A stretch of DNA of 64,000 bases, taken from assembly GCA_944349375.1 (NCBI GenBank), contig CALVMV010000003.1, forward strand, positions 26,755 through 90,754, given 5' to 3'. A model generated the notes under the pieces. The model had not been told where the DNA came from, searched no databases, and worked only from the letters and a program-made list of their open reading frames with translations. Position numbers and translations under genes: made by a program. This document shows positions 39,975 to 50,400 of this stretch, one piece after another; position 1 is the first letter of the stretch; every line of letters begins with the position of its first letter. This DNA is from an uncultured Clostridia bacterium. GTDB taxonomy: Bacteria; Bacillota; Clostridia; Christensenellales; UBA1242.

Positions 39975-40092
39975 TTAATAAAATATAGTGGAAGCACAAA
40001 GTTCCACTATAACAAAATACCTTAAAATTATATTTAGTTATTACCAATTCAACTCAATTATCGAATGGTGAGAAGTGGAAACTTCTACTTTC
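39975..40092 (-). ncRNA. L20 leader (ribosomal protein autoregulatory RNA)
   Basis: AAGTAGAAG.....CTTCTCACC motif followed by the ATAGTGGAA...TTCCACTAT hairpin; promoter TTGACA(40129)-17-TATATT upstream of infC. Confidence 0.8.
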
Positions 40093-40129
40093 ATGCATAG
40101 AATATAACATATTTAATTTCTGTTGTCAA

Positions 40130-40681
40130 CTATTTTTTACTTTTTTTTAAAGTTCTTTCGTAAATTTTTCCTAACTTTAAAATAATTTTATTTGATTTTT
40201 TCACTGCAAGTTCTTTCATTAACGCTTTAAAAAATATTGTCAATCCTGCAATTATTGCTGTAGTAAAGATTGATATTAAAGTTACTAAATGCAAATTTTT
40301 TGTATTATTTGTTATAGTTATAACGATACTTGCTCCCCCAGCACCACAAAGAGTGCTACAAATATCTCCAACTACATCGGCACAAAAAGAACATACCTTT
40401 TCACAGTTTTTGCAAATTTTAAGACCTGTTTGACTTCCTTCTTTATTATTTAATAACTGCTCTTTGAAAAAATTTATATCTGCACTAGCTGCTGCAATGC
40501 CAATCATATCAAATACTGTTGATATAAAAATAAAAAACAAAATGCCAAATATTGCAAATATGATACCCATATTACTTAGTGCTACTTGGCTTAAAAATCC
40601 AAAAGCTATTGATAGGCAAAGCGTCATGATAAGCATGCGAAAAGCCCAAACAAAATTGAATTTTTGTTTTTTTATTCTCAC
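40130..40681 (-). CDS. Conserved membrane protein (DUF21/CNNM-TM-like)
   Basis: Hydrophobic helices; FDMIGIA, FCADVVGDIC..L.G motifs seen in a Firmicute family; GTG start. Confidence 0.6.
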   Translation of the reverse strand: MRIKKQKFNFVWAFRMLIMTLCLSIAFGFLSQVALSNMGIIFAIFGILFFIFISTVFDMIGIAAASADINFFKEQLLNNKEGSQTGLKICKNCEKVCSFCADVVGDICSTLCGAGGASIVITITNNTKNLHLVTLISIFTTAIIAGLTIFFKALMKELAVKKSNKIILKLGKIYERTLKKSKK

Positions 40682-40742
40682 ATTTATATTGTATTAGACT
40701 TTTGCCTTATCTATGAAATAACTTTTGTTTATCCTAGTTTTA

Positions 40743-40952
40743 TTAAATTTCTTCTAATTTGTCTAGAGATTGTTTAATTTCTGTCAATTTTCCCTTGGTC
40801 TTTGTTAAGCTATCATAACATACTTTTATTAACTCTTTACCTTGTTCAAAAAGTTCTGTAGCTTGTTCTAAAGTTACTTCTCCACTTTCTATTTTGTTTA
40901 TAATGTTTTGTAAATCTTGACAAGCTTGTTCAAAAGAAATTTTGTTAGCCAT
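40743..40952 (-). CDS. xseB: Exodeoxyribonuclease VII small subunit
   Basis: SFEQA..L..II..IESG...LEQA..LFEQG..L. Confidence 0.92.
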   Translation of the reverse strand: MANKISFEQACQDLQNIINKIESGEVTLEQATELFEQGKELIKVCYDSLTKTKGKLTEIKQSLDKLEEI

Positions 40953-42663
40953 TTAGTTCCTCCATTTCTTTGTTTATTAAATCATGAAGAGTGTTGTTTA
41001 ACTCACAAAGTTTAACCATGATTTTTTCTCCAGATTTTCTTATAGTTATTTCTGCTTCCTCATTTTGTAAAGATCGAGGGCTAATTACAACTCTAAAAGG
41101 AATTCCCATAAGCTCGCTATCTGTTAATTTAATTCCTGCAGATAAGTTTCTATCATCATATAAAAGTTCAAACTCTTTAGCCAAGGATTTTTCTAATTTT
41201 TCTGCTTGCGTTTTTACATTTTCGTCATCTAGTCTTAATGGACAAAAATATACTTGCCAAGGTGCAATAGAAATAGGCCAAACCAAGCCTTTTGCATCTG
41301 AACTTTCTTCAGCTACTGAAGCCAACGCTCTACCAACTCCAATTCCATAGCAAGCCATTAAAGGATTAATAGGTTTGCCATCTGGCATTGTAATTGTCAT
41401 CTCCATTGATTTTGTGTATTTTGTTCCAAGTTGGAATATATTACCTATTTCTATTCCTCTTTCGATTGTTAATGGTTTTCCGCAAATAGGACATTTTTCT
41501 CCTTCTTTAACTTTTGCCAAATCGTAATATTTTGCATCAGGAATATCTCTTTTTAAATTAATTCCAGAGATATGGTATTCTTCCTTATTTGCACCAGTAA
41601 CCATACCACATGTATTTTCTAATGATTTGTCAAAAAGGATTTGGCAATCTTTAACCTGAAGATTTAAGCAACCGATATTTCCTTTTACTAAACCTGTTTC
41701 GCTTAAATCTTTAACGGCTATTTCTTTTCCTACAATTCTTTTTAATTTTGCTTCGTTAACTTCTTTGTCGCCTCTAATAAAAACTATAACAGTGTTTTTA
41801 TCATCACCAACTATAGCGTAGCAAACTGCCTTAATAGTTTGTTGAGGTTTTATTTTTAAATAATTGCAAACTTCTTCGATGCTTTTTGCGTTAGAAGTAT
41901 AAACTTCTTTTATAGAACTATCCTCAAAGGAAATAGTATCTTCTGTAGAAACAGCAACTTCCATATTCGCTTTATAATCACAATGTGGGCAAATAACAAT
42001 GCTGTCTTCACCAATATCGGTCAAAAGCATGAACTCATGGGCAATATCTCCACCCATCATTCCTGTGTCAGATTTTACGGCTATAAATTTTTTCATGCCA
42101 ATTCTTTTGAAAATTCTATTATAAGCATCGTAAACTTTTTGATAAAAATTTTGAAGTTCTTTTTTGTCAGTATGGAAAGAATATGCATCTTTCATAGTAA
42201 ACTCTTTTACTCTAATAAGCCCAGCTCTAGGTCTAGCTTCATCTCTAAATTTGGTTTGAATTTGGTAAATCATAAAAGGTAGCTGATCGTAACTTTTAAT
42301 TGTGTTTTGACACAAGTGAACAGCTGCTTCTTCATGTGTCATGCCTAAAAGCATGTCATGGTCATTCCTATCCTTAAAGCGAACCATTTCTTGTCCAATT
42401 GAGTTATATCTTCCACTTTTTTCCCACATTTCTCTAGGCATTACAACAGGAAATAGTACTTCTTGTCCACCCAAAGCATTCATTTCTTGTCTTATGATAT
42501 TTTGAATTTTTAAGTTTATTAATTGGGCAGGTGTAAGCATAGTAAAAATACCATTGCATACCTGCTTTAAATACCCTGCTCTTAATAAATAATTATGGCT
42601 TTTTACATTTGTGCCACTTGAGGCATCTTTTAGTCTTTCTCCTACAAGTTTACTTAATCTCAT
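40945..42663 (-). CDS. proS: Proline-tRNA ligase (bacterial type with INS editing domain)
   Basis: MRLS, LLRAGY, THEE, KFRDEARPR.GLIR.KEFTMKDAYSF, GIEIGNIFQLGTKY, YGIGVGR. Confidence 0.97.
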   Translation of the reverse strand: MRLSKLVGERLKDASSGTNVKSHNYLLRAGYLKQVCNGIFTMLTPAQLINLKIQNIIRQEMNALGGQEVLFPVVMPREMWEKSGRYNSIGQEMVRFKDRNDHDMLLGMTHEEAAVHLCQNTIKSYDQLPFMIYQIQTKFRDEARPRAGLIRVKEFTMKDAYSFHTDKKELQNFYQKVYDAYNRIFKRIGMKKFIAVKSDTGMMGGDIAHEFMLLTDIGEDSIVICPHCDYKANMEVAVSTEDTISFEDSSIKEVYTSNAKSIEEVCNYLKIKPQQTIKAVCYAIVGDDKNTVIVFIRGDKEVNEAKLKRIVGKEIAVKDLSETGLVKGNIGCLNLQVKDCQILFDKSLENTCGMVTGANKEEYHISGINLKRDIPDAKYYDLAKVKEGEKCPICGKPLTIERGIEIGNIFQLGTKYTKSMEMTITMPDGKPINPLMACYGIGVGRALASVAEESSDAKGLVWPISIAPWQVYFCPLRLDDENVKTQAEKLEKSLAKEFELLYDDRNLSAGIKLTDSELMGIPFRVVISPRSLQNEEAEITIRKSGEKIMVKLCELNNTLHDLINKEMEELNG

Positions 42664-42664
42664 T

Positions 42665-43843
42665 TTAATTCTCCTTTAATGGTTTTGCTTTAATTTTGCC
42701 ATCTTGCAAATAGATGGAAATATTATCGTTAAAATCTAATTCTTTTGTTGTAGAAATACCCTTTCCGAGTTGTTCAATTTTTGCATAACCCTGTTTAAGA
42801 ACATTTATTGGGTTTATTTTTTTTAGCGTAGTTTCTAATATACCAACTTCATAGTCTTGATTATTTAAGTAATTTATTGCACTGCTATCTAATTTCTTTA
42901 CAAGAGAAGAAATGTTGATTTTATTTTGCAAAAATTGCTTTTCTAATTTGTTATACATTTTTTCCAACACATTATATACCAACAATTTTTTTTCGTCAAT
43001 GTATTCATCAATAAGGTTTAAAAATTTTGCCTTCAATGATGAAAAATAATACTTTTGTTGGTCAATGTTCTCAGTTACAAGTTCTGCAGCTGCAGAAGGT
43101 GTTGGAGCTCGTAAATCGCTTACGAAATCTATTATTGTAAAATCAGTTTCATGGCCAACTGCAGATATTATTGGCTTTTCACAATTAAAAGTTGCTTTTG
43201 CTACAATTTCGGTATTATAAGCGGACAAATCTTCCAAACTCCCGCCACCCCTTGCGACAATTATAACATCAATTTTATCATATTGACTCATTAATTCAAT
43301 CGCCTTTGCGATTTCTTGCTCTGCATTTAAGCCTTGAACTTTTGTATTAAATAAAACTATATCAACAAAAGGATTTCGTCGCCAAGCAACATTTTTTATG
43401 TCTTGTAAAACTGCCCCTTCTTTCGAAGTTATAACCCCTATTCTTTCAATGTTTTTAGGAATGGGCTTTTTGTATTTTTGGTCAAATAACCCTTCTTGTT
43501 CAAGTTTTGATTTTAAAGCTAAAAATTCTTCGTAAAGTTTTCCTTTTCCCAGAGGCTCTACCCTATTGACATTAAAATTTAGTTTTCCACCTTTAACATA
43601 AAAATTTGGGCTTCCATAACAGACAAGTTTAGCCCCTTCAGTAATTTGGTCGTTAAAAGCTGGATAGAAACACACACAAGGAATTGATGCACTTTCATCT
43701 TTCAAGGAAAAATAGATAACATTTCGAGAAAAACTTACTCCATAAACTTCTCCTAGCAAAGGGATATTATGAAGTAACTCTTCATTATCAAATATTTTTT
43801 TTATGTAGCCGTTTAAGGCTGATACAGTAATATATTCTTGCAT
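42665..43843 (-). CDS. xseA: Exodeoxyribonuclease VII large subunit
   Basis: TVSALN, YFSLKD, LEQEGLF, VQG, ARGGGSLEDL, SAVGHETD, RAPTPSAAAE. Confidence 0.96.
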   Translation of the reverse strand: MQEYITVSALNGYIKKIFDNEELLHNIPLLGEVYGVSFSRNVIYFSLKDESASIPCVCFYPAFNDQITEGAKLVCYGSPNFYVKGGKLNFNVNRVEPLGKGKLYEEFLALKSKLEQEGLFDQKYKKPIPKNIERIGVITSKEGAVLQDIKNVAWRRNPFVDIVLFNTKVQGLNAEQEIAKAIELMSQYDKIDVIIVARGGGSLEDLSAYNTEIVAKATFNCEKPIISAVGHETDFTIIDFVSDLRAPTPSAAAELVTENIDQQKYYFSSLKAKFLNLIDEYIDEKKLLVYNVLEKMYNKLEKQFLQNKINISSLVKKLDSSAINYLNNQDYEVGILETTLKKINPINVLKQGYAKIEQLGKGISTTKELDFNDNISIYLQDGKIKAKPLKEN

Positions 43844-43855
43844 TAATAATATACC

Positions 43856-44242
43856 TTAGATTTTTTTGCAAATAGCAGAAAGCACACCATTAACGAAACG
43901 AGAACTTTTTTCAGTTGAATATTTTTTTGCAAGTTCAACGATTTCGTTTATAGCAACAGGTACTGGTGATTTTAAGTATATAATTTCAGTTAAAGCTTCA
44001 AACATTAAAGCTAAATCTACTTTATAAACCCTATTAAGTTCATAACCAATCAAATTTTCACTTACAAGAATTTCAAGTGCCTTTCTATTTTCACAAAAAG
44101 TTGTTACAATTTGTTTAGCAAAATCTTTATCTTCATCTTTTTTCAATAAAGCAAAAAACTCTTCATCAAAAGTTTTATCACTTTCGGTGAAAAGTCTTTC
44201 AAATATAAGTTGAAATGCTAGTTCTCTAGCCTTACTTCTCAT
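43856..44242 (-). CDS. nusB: Transcription antitermination factor NusB
   Basis: RSKARELAFQ, VAINEIVELAKKY, FVNGVL. Confidence 0.95.
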   Translation of the reverse strand: MRSKARELAFQLIFERLFTESDKTFDEEFFALLKKDEDKDFAKQIVTTFCENRKALEILVSENLIGYELNRVYKVDLALMFEALTEIIYLKSPVPVAINEIVELAKKYSTEKSSRFVNGVLSAICKKI

Positions 44243-44607
44243 TAGTTTTCTTCCGCTCCTTCTTTATCGCAAACAACACCATAAACATGCACATTAATTT
44301 TATTAGGTTTTAATCCAACCATTGAGCCTAGCGAATTTTTTATATTCTCTTGCACTCTATAAGCGATATCTGGCACAGAATATCCGATATAAACTTTGAT
44401 ATAAACATCAATATTTATTTTGCCGTTTAAATCAAACTTGATGCTTACGCCTTCGCTTTTTGGTTTAAAAATTTTTTTATACCAAGGTAGATAAGAATTG
44501 GTAAGCGATTGAACGCCGTTAATTTCTTTTGTAGCAAGGTTTATGATTGACAAAAGAATATCTCTATCAATTTCAACTTTCCCTTTATTCTGCAATGTTT
44601 TTGCCAT
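44242..44607 (-). CDS. Asp23/Gls24 family protein (YqhY-like)
   Basis: GKVEI, EINGV, VQENIK..L..MVG...INVHV; canonical position upstream of nusB. Confidence 0.9.
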   Translation of the reverse strand: MAKTLQNKGKVEIDRDILLSIINLATKEINGVQSLTNSYLPWYKKIFKPKSEGVSIKFDLNGKINIDVYIKVYIGYSVPDIAYRVQENIKNSLGSMVGLKPNKINVHVYGVVCDKEGAEEN

Positions 44608-44658
44608 TTTAAACTCCTATTCTTTTGTATTATAACACATTTAAATTTATTTTGGCAA

Positions 44659-45129
44659 TTATTCTACTGGAATAATTTTAATATTTGCAAGATTTACAGA
44701 AGTTAATTCTGTTTGTATAACTGATACAATTTGAGCTACTTGTGTAGAAGTAAGACTGCTAGCTTTAACAACTGCATTAACATTGTTATCAGAAATTGTT
44801 ACAACGCAATCTTCGAATCCTTTTGCTTTAATAAGGCCTTCAACAACAAGTTCTTTTTCCATTTGATTTACAAGAGAAAGTTTAGCTGATTGAGCATTTT
44901 TTACTGCTTCTTCAGAAGATGATTCGCTAGCGATTATAGCATCATAATACAACATTTCTTGATCTCTAGTTGATTCTCTGTCTGAGCGATAAGTTTGAAA
45001 ATAACTAGAAGTTTCAATAACAGTGTCGTTACTATTAATAGAACTATTTAAAACTACATTTAAATAAGCTGTTACGCCTAAAAGTAAAATCATTGCAGAT
45101 AAAATAATTATTTTTGTTCTTTTTTTCAT
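44659..45129 (-). CDS. spoIIIAH: Stage III sporulation protein AH
   Basis: N-terminal TM with YLN, YF..YR..RE..R, E.LIKAKGFEDCVV; start after SD AAGGAG. Confidence 0.92.
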   Translation of the reverse strand: MKKRTKIIILSAMILLLGVTAYLNVVLNSSINSNDTVIETSSYFQTYRSDRESTRDQEMLYYDAIIASESSSEEAVKNAQSAKLSLVNQMEKELVVEGLIKAKGFEDCVVTISDNNVNAVVKASSLTSTQVAQIVSVIQTELTSVNLANIKIIPVE

Positions 45130-45142
45130 ATTAAGCTCCTTT

Positions 45143-45691
45143 TTATTTTGATGTATAAATTGAAATGTTTGCACTATTTACATCTACTATCGTTTGAATG
45201 AGAGAAATAATGTTCATCTTTAGTGCGACATCTCCTGCTCCAGAACATACCACAACAATTCCCTTAATTACTGGGTAAATTTCTTCGACAAGGACTGGTT
45301 GCCCGTTAACTAGGACAGTTGAAGTTGTCGTGGTTGTTATTCCACTTGCAGAAGTTTTTGTTTCTTCTTCAGTAAGATAAACATACTCGAAACCTTTTTC
45401 TAAAGTAATCAAAACATCTACATCACCTGTTCCTTGAATTTGCATAATAGCATTTTCAATTTGACTTTCAAGCTTTCGTGCATATTTTTCTGAAGTGCTT
45501 GTCTCTTGGGTAACTTCATTTTCTTTGGTAGAAGAAACATCATTTGTCGGAAGAAAACTAGTAAAGTAAATTATGCCAATCAATACAGCTAGTCCTATCG
45601 CAACAAAAACATAAAAGTTTTTGGATTTTTTGAGTTTTACTATGTTTTCTTTTAGCTTATCCCAAAATTTATTCTTCATAATAAATCTCAT
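45143..45691 (-). CDS. spoIIIAG: Stage III sporulation protein AG
   Basis: TM, Y...LE, I.G.G.V.V.IT, P.IKG.VVV..GA; operon position (start may be 45679). Confidence 0.88.
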   Translation of the reverse strand: MRFIMKNKFWDKLKENIVKLKKSKNFYVFVAIGLAVLIGIIYFTSFLPTNDVSSTKENEVTQETSTSEKYARKLESQIENAIMQIQGTGDVDVLITLEKGFEYVYLTEEETKTSASGITTTTTSTVLVNGQPVLVEEIYPVIKGIVVVCSGAGDVALKMNIISLIQTIVDVNSANISIYTSK

Positions 45692-46169
45692 CCTCCCCTA
45701 TATCTAAATGTTGCTTAATAATGCTAGTAATGTGCTGTTTGATTTTCACTATATTTGTATGCTCAGCATTTTCAGTTATGACAAGCTTGGTTAAATCAAT
45801 TGTTACCGATTTTATTGTAAAAGAATTGTCAAATATGTCCGAAGAAATATAAACTTTTACATTCTTGTAACCATATGTCGAAATATCTTGTTCAATATCA
45901 TTTTGAATTGAACAAAGTTTGTCGAAATTTATCTGTTCTAAATAATCTTTATCAACTTTTATAGTGTCCGATTGGAAAAAAGATGATATATCAATATTTT
46001 GGTTTAATAATTTCGGTATTGGAGTTAATATAACCAGCATTATGATAAAACCAAAAATGCTTTTAATGTATTTATTCATGGCGCCATTTGGGAGTATCAA
46101 TTCAATAATAACTGACAAAAGAACAATACCTGCTATTGACAATATCCATGACGAAAGAGTTGAAATCAT
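45669..46169 (-). CDS. spoIIIAF: Stage III sporulation protein AF
   Basis: WI..I, ELILP.G.M.KYI....G, IL.PI; operon position. Confidence 0.88.
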   Translation of the reverse strand: MISTLSSWILSIAGIVLLSVIIELILPNGAMNKYIKSIFGFIIMLVILTPIPKLLNQNIDISSFFQSDTIKVDKDYLEQINFDKLCSIQNDIEQDISTYGYKNVKVYISSDIFDNSFTIKSVTIDLTKLVITENAEHTNIVKIKQHITSIIKQHLDIGEDEIYYEE

Positions 46170-46178
46170 ATTGCCCCC

Positions 46179-47378
46179 TTAAAATAAATTTGCACTACAC
46201 ATAACAAGACCGATTATTATTAAGTAAACAAAAGATAAAGCGATAATAAGAGCTATAAGTAATGTCATATTTTTAGAAAGACAGTTTACAAAATTAGCTA
46301 TTTGTTTATTGCCTAGAGGTTCTACAATTCCCGCTATGAGTTTGAGAGCTAACATAAAAATTATTAAATCTAATAAAGGTGTTAATATGCTAGCAAAAAG
46401 TAAAAATAGACCAGCAATGCCAACAGCGTTTTTGATAAGATTTGAAGAAATTAGTATAATGCCCATTCCATCTGAAAGATAAGAGCCTAAAAGAGGAATA
46501 TAACTTTTAATTGCATACTTAGCTGTGCGTATAGAAATACCATCAACTGCTCCAGCAGATATACCTTGTAAAGAAACAAAAGCTGTAAAAATAGTAAATA
46601 CTAAACCCATCAACCATTTATAAGTGCTATTTAAAAAGCCTGAAAATTTTTCTAATTTGACAGTGCTAGATAAATTTGAAACAATTGAAAAAACTATAGA
46701 AAAAATAAAAATTGGTAGTAAGATATAACTTGAAAAACTGCTAATAATGTTGCTTAAAACTGCCATAGCAGGCTGGTAAATAGTTGCCGATACACTTCCT
46801 CCCATAGCAGTTAAAAGAGTTAGTAATATAGGGAATATTGCATCCATTTGGCTTTTAAGCGACAATATTGTGTTAGTGGTAGAAACAATCATTTTAGTAA
46901 CGATTGATAGAAGCAAAACTATAACAATTCCGTATGAAACAAAATTGATTATGTTTGCCATATTTTTACCATTGGTCGAAGGCCTTATCCCTTGCAACAT
47001 ACTACCTAAAACCGAAACACCAATGATAGCAGAAATTACAGGTAATAAACCTAGTATGCTACTAAAAAAAGCATTAATTACTGCTTGCCATAAGCTTTGC
47101 GAATCATCATATTCTCCATATATTAGGGCTTTTACCTTACTTAAAAAGTTTTGCCCACCAAAAATAGAGAGTTGCCCTTCACTAAATGATTTAATAATTT
47201 CATCTAAAGAAGAAAAATCTAAATTTTCAAGTTGATTGTTTAAGCTTTCATCTAATTCTTCTTCCACTTGTTCTTCTGAAATTTCTTCTTGAGCAACAAC
47301 TTGATATTCTGATTGTAATTTTGTTGCGGTTGGGCAGAATAAGAAAAATAAAATTGCTAAGATTAATAACCTTTTCAT
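46179..47378 (-). CDS. spoIIIAE: Stage III sporulation protein AE
   Basis: Polytopic; PILLTLL...GG.VSA, QG, D.ISIRTAKY....IP..G, IKNAVG. Confidence 0.92.
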   Translation of the reverse strand: MKRLLILAILFFLFCPTATKLQSEYQVVAQEEISEEQVEEELDESLNNQLENLDFSSLDEIIKSFSEGQLSIFGGQNFLSKVKALIYGEYDDSQSLWQAVINAFFSSILGLLPVISAIIGVSVLGSMLQGIRPSTNGKNMANIINFVSYGIVIVLLLSIVTKMIVSTTNTILSLKSQMDAIFPILLTLLTAMGGSVSATIYQPAMAVLSNIISSFSSYILLPIFIFSIVFSIVSNLSSTVKLEKFSGFLNSTYKWLMGLVFTIFTAFVSLQGISAGAVDGISIRTAKYAIKSYIPLLGSYLSDGMGIILISSNLIKNAVGIAGLFLLFASILTPLLDLIIFMLALKLIAGIVEPLGNKQIANFVNCLSKNMTLLIALIIALSFVYLIIIGLVMCSANLF

Positions 47379-47767
47379 GTTGGCAGGAGTCCTATAATAA
47401 TTTGAAGAATATTAGTAATAATTGGCAATGCCATAACCATGATAACAATCTTTCCGCCCAACAAGACTTTATCACCTAGACTTGAATTGCCTGTATCAGA
47501 ACAAATGCCGACGGCGAATTCAATAAGATAACCTATTGCAATTATTTTTATTAAAAGCTTATATAAATTTGAAGATAACCCAGTTGAAGAGATAATGTTT
47601 TTGAAGACATCGAATATATCTGTCAAATAATCTAAAACGAGAAAGGTAATAACCAGCCCACCTGCGATAGCAATAAATATTGCAAAATCATTGCGGACTG
47701 GCTTTACAATCAAAGTTGCAAGGCAAGTAACTAAACCAATAGCTACAATTTTTATTATAATTTCCAT
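47375..47767 (-). CDS. spoIIIAD: Stage III sporulation protein AD
   Basis: KIIAIGYLIEF...ICSD.G...LG.KV...GK. Confidence 0.92.
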   Translation of the reverse strand: MEIIIKIVAIGLVTCLATLIVKPVRNDFAIFIAIAGGLVITFLVLDYLTDIFDVFKNIISSTGLSSNLYKLLIKIIAIGYLIEFAVGICSDTGNSSLGDKVLLGGKIVIMVMALPIITNILQIIIGLLPT

Positions 47768-47779
47768 ATAACTCCAAAT

Positions 47780-47974
47780 TTAAAACTGAAACAAATTGTT
47801 AAAAGTTGCAAATAATTCTCCAATTAAGTTTAAAACCATAATAATAACTAGAATTAATCCTGCTAGTGTTGCAATGGTAGAAATTTCTTCTCGACCAGTT
47901 TGTTTTAAAATCTGACCTATTATTGCTGTTAGCAAGCCTATGGCGGCGATTTTAATTATAATTTCGACTCCCAT
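47780..47974 (-). CDS. spoIIIAC: Stage III sporulation protein AC
   Basis: IIKIAAIG...ILKQ.GREE...TLAGL. Confidence 0.93.
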   Translation of the reverse strand: MGVEIIIKIAAIGLLTAIIGQILKQTGREEISTIATLAGLILVIIMVLNLIGELFATFNNLFQF

Positions 47975-47983
47975 AATTCCCCC

Positions 47984-48484
47984 TTATAGAAAAATGACTA
48001 TTACCATTAAAGTTGCAACAAAGCTTAATTTTAAGGACAGTTTGCCATATTTTTTATATTCGTTTGAAGCTTGTGCGAAAAAGTCATTGAATTTTGCTTC
48101 ATAATTTTTTATTTCTTTAAGTTGGTTTTCTACATCAGAGCGACCTAATGATTTAAAAAATAAAAATAATCTGTTCGATTCATCTTCCGATAAAAACGAA
48201 ATATTTTTTAATAACTTTTGCTTGTCCAAACTTTCTTGACTTTCAAGACAGCACAAAAAATTTTCCACAAGTCCGCAAAGACTTTGTTTAGTTTTTTCAT
48301 CAAGATTTAACAGAATGTTTTGAACCCTTTCTCTAGAAAAGTTTATTTCTACATCGAATTTTTGACATAGAAAAACTAATGCTTCAAAAAAACATTTGCG
48401 TTTTTTATATTTGTGATAAAACTTGTATCCAAAAAATAAGCATAAACTTGCTAAAACAATTAATAATAATATTTTCATTTTCAC
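47984..48484 (-). CDS. spoIIIAB: Stage III sporulation protein AB
   Basis: N- and C-terminal TM, EINF, LGRSD.ENQ, KYGKL; operon position. Confidence 0.87.
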   Translation of the reverse strand: MKMKILLLIVLASLCLFFGYKFYHKYKKRKCFFEALVFLCQKFDVEINFSRERVQNILLNLDEKTKQSLCGLVENFLCCLESQESLDKQKLLKNISFLSEDESNRLFLFFKSLGRSDVENQLKEIKNYEAKFNDFFAQASNEYKKYGKLSLKLSFVATLMVIVIFL

Positions 48485-49398
48485 CTCATAATTTTAGAAC
48501 CTAAACGAGATAAATTTTCGTTATAAATACCCTCAAGAGTTCCGGGGCCATTTCGTAAAGACAACACAACAAAACGCTTAAACACTTTTTCTTTTATAAT
48601 TTTTTCAAAAAGAACTTTTTTCATAAAACTTTCAATGCTATCGGAATGAACGGAAGCCATAATTGACACACCAGCATTACATGCTGTCAATACTGCTTCA
48701 ACATCTTCTTCCCTACCTAATTCATCAGTAACTATTAAATTAGGACTTAAAGAGCGTATGCCATTTTCAAAGCCGGTTTTTTTGGAGGCAAAAGAAATCT
48801 TATCTGCAAAATTTCCTATACAACCCTTATTACCTAAATCAATTTCACCTCTTTCATCAAGAACAAGCACATTAAAAGCATAATTTCTTTGAGATAGCTG
48901 AGAAATAAAATCTCTTAAAAAAGTTGTTTTACCAGCACCTGGAGGAGAAATAACTAAAGTATTTAAAATCTGATTATCTTGCAAAAGATAATCAAAACAT
49001 GACAAAGAGCAATTTTTGATTTCATGAGGTATTCTGATATTAATTGAGTTAAAGTTGGTTAATGTTTTTATTTGACCTTTTTCTTCAATTAGATCACCAC
49101 CTAATCCAAGCCTAATTCCACCTTCAGTAACCAAATATCCCCTTTTTATTTGTTCGTTTACTGAATAAATAGAACATTCGCTTGCACGAAAGATGATGTC
49201 CTCAAGCATAGTTTTAGTTGGGAGAATTGCCTCTTTTAGATTCCCTGTTGTTCCATGCGAGGATAAAAAAAATTTTTGGCTACCTATAGAAACTACAATG
49301 GGTTTGTCCACTCTTAGCCTAATCTCATTAACGCATTTAAAATTCACATATTTATCAAAAATAGAAAAGATGTTTGCAGGAAGAATTTTTTCTAACAT
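48481..49398 (-). CDS. spoIIIAA: Stage III sporulation protein AA (ATPase)
   Basis: EIRLR, GYL...GG.R.G, NIRI, SPPGAGKTT, DERGEI, IRSLSP, DELG. Confidence 0.95.
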   Translation of the reverse strand: MLEKILPANIFSIFDKYVNFKCVNEIRLRVDKPIVVSIGSQKFFLSSHGTTGNLKEAILPTKTMLEDIIFRASECSIYSVNEQIKRGYLVTEGGIRLGLGGDLIEEKGQIKTLTNFNSINIRIPHEIKNCSLSCFDYLLQDNQILNTLVISPPGAGKTTFLRDFISQLSQRNYAFNVLVLDERGEIDLGNKGCIGNFADKISFASKKTGFENGIRSLSPNLIVTDELGREEDVEAVLTACNAGVSIMASVHSDSIESFMKKVLFEKIIKEKVFKRFVVLSLRNGPGTLEGIYNENLSRLGSKIMR

Positions 49399-49527
49399 AC
49401 TCTCCTCCTTACAATTTAAATTATGAATACTAAAAATTAATTATTACGCTTATAAATAAAAGAAAGTAGAGAAATACGCATCTTGACAAAATGCGACAAA
49501 TATGTTATAAATAAAAAAGGAGAAGGT

Positions 49528-50337
49528 ATGAAAAAAAATAAAGTGGCAATAGTCAGCAGGCTTTCTGTAGATAGTTTTAACTTTATATTTAACATAGAAA
49601 GTATTTTGGCAACAAAAGAAAATCCTGTAAGATATAGGTTTGAAATTGAAAAAATAGAAAATATATTTAACACTGACCATCTCATTGCGTGTGTGATAGA
49701 CAATAAACTCAAAAAGAAATACAAAATAGCATTTAATGATTTTTTTGTGCAAGAAGGGAACCCATGTATATCAACCTTAATGTATCAAAGAATAATGAAT
49801 TACAGGTGTTTTAATAGAAAAAATAGTGATGCAAGTTATATTTATTGTTATTTAAGATATTTACAAAGTAAATATTTAAAAGCTTATTCTAAATTTTTAA
49901 GTACCTTGGATGAAAAAACAAAGCTTAAAAATGTATCAAAAGATTTTATTTCATCGTTCGAAAATAAATTAAAAATAACTGACACCAAAATTATGTTTAA
50001 TGGTACTTACAAGGATTTCTTAATTTATTTAAAAAGTGAATTATTTAGTGATTTTTTAAGAACAACAGAGATATTTAGATCTTTTAGATTTGCTTTAGAG
50101 CCAAATGAATTAAGAGAAGAATTATCTAAAGTCAAAGACTGTATTTTTATCAATGACATGAATAATGCAAATAAAAAATTTGAAATAAGACTTAATAATT
50201 ATTTGGAAGATGCCAAATCAAAAGAGGAAGTTGGCATGAAAGAAGTAATGAGAAGCCTTGCTGAGGAAAGAAGGCAAAGAAAAAAACGATTAAAAGCCAA
50301 AAAATCACATGATATATCAGAAGAAAAAGACGAATAA
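49528..50337 (+). CDS. Hypothetical protein (ORFan, basic C-terminal tail)
   Basis: ATG at 49528 after SD GGAGAAGG; promoter TTGACA(49483)-17-TATAAA; terminator about 50337-50370. Confidence 0.75.
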   Translation: MKKNKVAIVSRLSVDSFNFIFNIESILATKENPVRYRFEIEKIENIFNTDHLIACVIDNKLKKKYKIAFNDFFVQEGNPCISTLMYQRIMNYRCFNRKNSDASYIYCYLRYLQSKYLKAYSKFLSTLDEKTKLKNVSKDFISSFENKLKITDTKIMFNGTYKDFLIYLKSELFSDFLRTTEIFRSFRFALEPNELREELSKVKDCIFINDMNNANKKFEIRLNNYLEDAKSKEEVGMKEVMRSLAEERRQRKKRLKAKKSHDISEEKDE

Positions 50338-50400
50338 AAAAAACTATGAAGTTAAACCATAGTTTTTTTTAGTTTTTAATTTAAATTTTGATTATTAAAA

